From the NCBI GenBank assembly GCA_000934665.2, contig JYFJ02001487.1:58127-78126 (forward strand): a stretch of DNA of 20,000 nt, written 5' to 3'. The position numbers were made by a program, and so were the translations under genes. Shown here piece by piece: positions 15,421-20,000 of the stretch. Origin of the DNA: Catajapyx aquilonaris. Its lineage: Eukaryota. The notes beneath the pieces are model-generated. The model worked only from the letters and a program-made list of their open reading frames with translations. It made no database searches and was not told the origin of the DNA. Every line of letters begins with the position of its first letter. Within the stretch, counting starts at the first letter, position 1.

Positions 15421-15772
15421 ATGCGTTCCTGATTAATTTCTGCATTTGTTTTTGTTTGCTGTCTTGTTTGGCTTATGTTCATACTGATGAGCTCAGTATT
15501 ATTTTTGCCAGAGTGGTAACAAAGGCATTTATTTACAGTTGACTGACATTTGTGCAATTTAATGGTAACACCTAAGAATTGTAAGAATTTTTGTGCGCAC
15601 ATTCCACTGAGTGATACGGAGTTGTTTCTTCTCATGGGAGGTCTTCCTTAGTTGTGAATATTGTGGATTCAGTAATGTTTGTGAAAAGACTCCCAGTATT
15701 TATGCATAATAATAATAGACTGTGATCTGTGAATATGTTACCTTTTTTTCCAAATTTTTGTACTTTGGAAGC

Positions 15773-15778
15773 AATAAA
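15773..15778 (+). terminator. Candidate MFSD10 polyadenylation signal
   Basis: AATAAA ~350 nt after the stop codon. Further AATAAA hexamers occur near 15915 and 16102. Confidence 0.5.
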
Positions 15779-16217
15779 AAAATATGGTGAAGTACAAAAT
15801 TATCGAGTTTCTTGCTGATCCCAAGGTTAAACGTTCCAGTGAAATAACGATATGAAAACATCCAAGAGTATAATTATTGTAGTCTCAGTTTCGCAAGTGA
15901 TTTTGTGAAGTAGTAATAAACACATACTCAAATCTGACATTCACCATGAGAACATCCTCAGGTAAATGCAGATTTTTTGATATGTACAGTTCCATTGTAC
16001 ATCATAAATTTATATTAATTTTAAATATTGCATGCTGTAAAAAATATATGCAGCTTTGAGAATAACAAGTGCACACACACAACAAAAAGCCTACGCCATT
16101 AAATAAATAATACTGCTCTTGCCTGCTGATGTCGTACGTGATTTTTTTTTTAAACTAAGCAGATGTTCATGAAATATGCAGCTGCACCTGCAGGGCAAAA
16201 TCGGTGGTTCATTCTTG

Positions 16218-16925
16218 TCACGTCTTCTTTTTGTCGAAACTCAGGACTGTTTCAACTCCTCCCACGTTGAGACTAACACTTCTCACGCCTTCCTCCACAT
16301 GCTTCAGATATTCCACTATGTTATCTACAATTTTCCTGCAAAGGATAAACCAAATATTATGGCTGCATTCTTGCATGCAACGGGCACTAATGACCATAAT
16401 TTTCAGCAGCTCAAAAAAAAACTCACATGTACTCTTGCACTTGATCACTCCCTTTGGCTTTGGAATACCGAACCAGCATCCATAGATGAGATGGCATCTT
16501 GTAAGCGTACGCATCATGAGTACGCCCTGATTTTGACAAGGTGTCGGCGTGGGCTAATAGAGCCTCTTCCACTTCTGTTTCTGACGTAGAGTGGTCATCT
16601 GCTCCAGATGATGCCCACACTGTCACTAAGCATACTGCCAAAGTGATGAAAATGTACTGAAAGAATTAGAGAAAAATTATAACCAAGTTTACACTATTAT
16701 TTCTGGTTACATTGTACTTAAAATATTGATTACTTTTCTCAAATCACTAATTAAATATTGTCAGCTGAATGATTTTGTTTGGAGGACAGTTTGTGCATCA
16801 GTCAAGCACTTGCCAAATAATAATATATTTGGAAAAAAAACTGAGATTATAATAACTGATAATCCTCCATAATATAATCTTATCGTGTTTTAAATCCAAA
16901 ACAATACCATCTCGTTACAGCTCAT
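16218..16925 (-). CDS. Uncharacterised ~121-aa protein with predicted signal peptide; complement(join(16218-16335,16427-16656,16908-16925))
   Basis: Exons join in phase via ATG|GTATTG...CTTTCAG|TAC and AT|GTGAGT...CTTTGCAG|G. Product: MSCNEMYIFITLAVCLVTVWASSGADDHSTSETEVEEALLAHADTLSKSGRTHDAYAYKMPSHLWMLVRYSKAKGSDQVQEYMKIVDNIVEYLKHVEEGVRSVSLNVGGVETVLSFDKKKT*. A CpG-rich promoter-like region lies immediately upstream. Confidence 0.7.
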
Positions 16926-16939
16926 GCCGGCTAATTAGT

Positions 16940-17120
16940 CTGATTGGTAAATTTTAATTGCGCGCGAAATGGGGCCATCCCTACCGCCAATTTCGTCTCG
17001 ACTCTGTGCATAATTTCTAGGAAAAACCCCTGAACCACTCCCAGTCTCTCTGCGTCAGTCCTCATTAACAAACACGCGTCATCATGACGTCACGACCCAC
17101 ATACATTTCCCGCACGTGTT
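16940..17120 (-). promoter_or_regulatory. Putative promoter/5' region of the orphan gene
   Basis: CpG-rich. CCAAT on the minus strand (TGATTGG 16941-16947), E2F-like GCGCGCGAAA (16960-16969) and TTTCCCGC (17106-17113), CRE TGACGTCA (17085-17092) and E-box CACGTG (17113-17118). Confidence 0.5.
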
Positions 17121-18970
17121 AGCGCAACTTTATTATTTATTTCACACTATGAAGAAATAAAAACACCTCTCTCTAATCATACATTACAAAATATAAATGC
17201 ACATTTGCAGTACAAAAGTTACTTACTTTCTGAACCATTTTTTGGCACGACCGAGCAGAACCACGTCTTGAAGTCAACTGGCAAAGTGGTTTTCCTTTCC
17301 GAGAAAAAATGTCCTTTCCTCCTCCAACGTTGCCAACGCAACCAAAGGGTCTTCCCCTGGGCTTTTTTTTTTTCCTCCCCAACTTTTTTGTTGTTGTTAT
17401 TGTCACCTTCTACCTCCTCTCAAATTAGTACAAAGTGGACGTGTCTGGAAGCACGTATACTGTAACATATAGGATAGATAGGCCCGTCGTCTGTGATCAG
17501 AATGATGATGATGTGTGTGGTTGTGGTGAAATCATGCCGGATGTCCTATTATCGACCCTGGCTCTCCTATTGGTTTGAGCTGATAGCCTCAGGGGGACTA
17601 TGGGCGGGGATTTCTCTAAAGGGATTTCTTGGAAATTCACCCACGATGCAATTTTTTTGAGGGCGAACCTTTTTTGGGGGGGAGAGTGTTGCTTGGGGGA
17701 GTGGCTATATGGGAGGCAACTTTTTTTGTTTTGCGACATTACTTGGTTGATTAAGACTCTTGTGACACTTTACCGCGAGATACTGTATGATAAATAACTC
17801 ATGGGGATGTGTCACATTCAATATACGCCACTGTACAATGTTTACTTTATCCTCTGTTGCTATAAAAATGACAAAAGTCTGTATGTCCGGGCTACCTAAC
17901 CCACTCTCAGATTACTGTTTATTGTACACCGGTATTTTATTTATTATTTTAAATTTGTGTTCATTTCGCACTTGTACCACTATTCAATAATTAGGATTAT
18001 GTCCGCCCTTTTTAGTGGACCATGTAAATGTTTTTGTCACTTTCTTGCATGTGAACTAACAATAAGTAAACTCACGTTAAAAGATGATCTATTTTGGCAG
18101 ATCACACAATGCGTTATTGCTTCAGTAAGTAATCAAGGGCAGTAGCAAATTTTTAGCACATATTGTGAATAACTTTGAAGGATTAGAAAGGTTATTATTT
18201 TTATGCATCCTTCTTGTACAAGTAACTGTGCAAAAAATATTTGTTGGATATAGGTGACAGAAATAGATGCTTTCTGGGGGGGGGGGGTAATTACTCGTAT
18301 ATCAACTAGCCATACGTACCGTATGTCATTAGGTTGATAATAATAGTGTGTCATTGAGCCATTCATGAATCAGAAGGCCTAATGTACGCTACCAATATTT
18401 TTTTTATTTTAATTTTATTTTCCTTACCCCGGTGGGCTGTACAGAAAGCCTTTGGGGGGAGACGGTACCGACAAGCATGCATGGTAATTACCCATACGGA
18501 ATAAAAAGGAAAGAGAGACATATATCAATACATCGTGAAGTAAGCTACCAATATAGGCAATAACAAAACGCAGGTGAGAGGGGTTTGGTTCCCTTGGTGT
18601 TGGTCGTTATAAATCTTATAATGATTTCTTCTCGGTATTCAGCAAGTGACCTTGGGATGAATATAGTTCATCGATTTTGCACGTTTCTGTATAAAATTGC
18701 GAATTTGAAAGTTACCGTTTTTGCTATTTGCACTTGCACAGTCAGAAGTTGCCGTTAACCAAAGTATGCAAGCAAATTTTTATAATTTATTAAAGGCGAG
18801 TACAAAAACATTGAAGGCTTGGATTAAGCAATGGATGTGTGCTGCCGAAAGATTGATTTCGTGTCAAATTCTCTCCTGAACCTAGGCTATTATTTCACTA
18901 AACTTCAAAACCCATTGAAAATGAAAGCAAAAACATTCCCTTCAGTGAAAAAAAAGGGTAGTAAGTGTTT

Positions 18971-19225
18971 GAAGACCTATAGTAAAAAGGTAGTTGTAAG
19001 TGACAAAAATGCGAAAATGGAGATATGCAGTAAAAACAGAAGTAAATGACAAGAGCACTATTGTAAAATAGGCATCACGTGCCAGAAGCAACCCGTAGTA
19101 GTTTTTCTTGCAGTCAATAGAATGTTATTTCATATGTCACCCCATAGTGATGCCAGGAGAAAAACATTATTTTCTCCATTCTCCCAAAATGGCACTTGCA
19201 ACCTTTTTTTTTACTATAGGTCTTC
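18971..19225. mobile_element. MITE-like element, 255 bp
   Basis: Perfect 18-bp terminal inverted repeats GAAGACCTATAGTAAAAA / TTTTTACTATAGGTCTTC, extending imperfectly to ~53 bp. Inner GGCATCAC/GTGATGCC pair. Flanked by the direct repeat GTTT (18967-18970, 19226-19229). Confidence 0.65.
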
Positions 19226-20000
19226 GTTTATGTTTGAGTGTTTGGAACGAGTGGTTGTATATAGAATGTCTCTCATGGAGTGCAGACTTGTCATCCCTGT
19301 CTGGAGAATATATTTATATACGTATCAAAAGCTGTCCGATGCCTATTATTCATCGTGGTGTTCCTGACGCGGGACAGTGGGACACTTTAATATACTAAAA
19401 TACAATATCATTATTGTCTATTGCTCTATATCAATCTGGACGTTTTTCGGCAATTATTATCTCACCTTACAGGTAGTAATATTTTGCCGGCCTTTTCTGG
19501 GATCTGTATGTCGGACAAGGTTACTCTATAATGACATGAATTTTGTTACCTGACGGCAGATCCGAAAGGCAAAAAACAGTCTGGAAATTACATCACAAGC
19601 CTCCTTCTGTCCTCTGAGACAGACAACCTAATTTTATTACTTTACATCAGCTGCTAGGTTATGAGGAAATGAGTTAGGAATAATACTATGAAAAAAAGGG
19701 CAGTGATTGCAGAACGCGAGTAAGGCATTTGATGATGTCCTATGCAAATATCACTGCAACATTCGCCTTGTCATATCATTCTTTGCTATTCGGATATTGT
19801 TGTTGGATCGTCCAAGATGCAAAATCAGCATTCAGAGAATGCACATGTGAGACCGGTTAGTGTATGCAGTATATGCATAAATTGGGATTAGAAAATTGTA
19901 TAGTACGTAAGTAGTGGTCCACGGCTTATTACGGCGACTCATGGAAAAATTCCGCAGTGGCGCCACCGTCTATGCGAGTTTAACATGGGAAAGCGCCACT

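Noticed and set aside
16218..16290. VSLNVGG as the start of a KCTD/Kv T1 BTB domain; terminal KKKT as an ER-retrieval signal; TGA as selenocysteine
   Set aside because: A stop follows 13 residues after the motif, so there is no BTB domain. KKxx needs a C-terminal transmembrane segment, which is absent. No convincing SECIS is visible downstream.
19956..20000. Short inverted repeat AGTGGCGC...GCGCCACT
   Set aside because: Only 8 bp and cut by the window edge, so it cannot be assigned.

Overview
Eukaryotic genomic DNA from an invertebrate metazoan, probably an arthropod; not prokaryotic. Four intron-containing genes can be assembled by hand from GT-AG sites with consistent phases. (1) A type II phosphatidylinositol 4-kinase (+, 9 coding exons, 2431-7086, ~530 aa). 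(2) A SAXO/FAM154 stabilizer of axonemal microtubules (-, 7 exons, 12235-9003, ~463 aa, 12 Mn-like repeats). (3) An MFSD10/rtet-like MFS transporter (+, 7 coding exons, 12958-15420, ~477 aa). (4) An unrecognised 3-exon gene for a ~121-aa protein with a likely signal peptide (-, 16925-16218), split across ORF-track entries. The window also has a tRNA-derived SINE, several MITE-like inverted repeats and a 41-bp minisatellite. The best leads are the orphan secreted-protein gene and indirect evidence that SAXO, with RFX X-box-like sites upstream, is nested antisense inside a ~4.2-kb first intron of MFSD10. All gene models come from manual splicing and have no transcript support.
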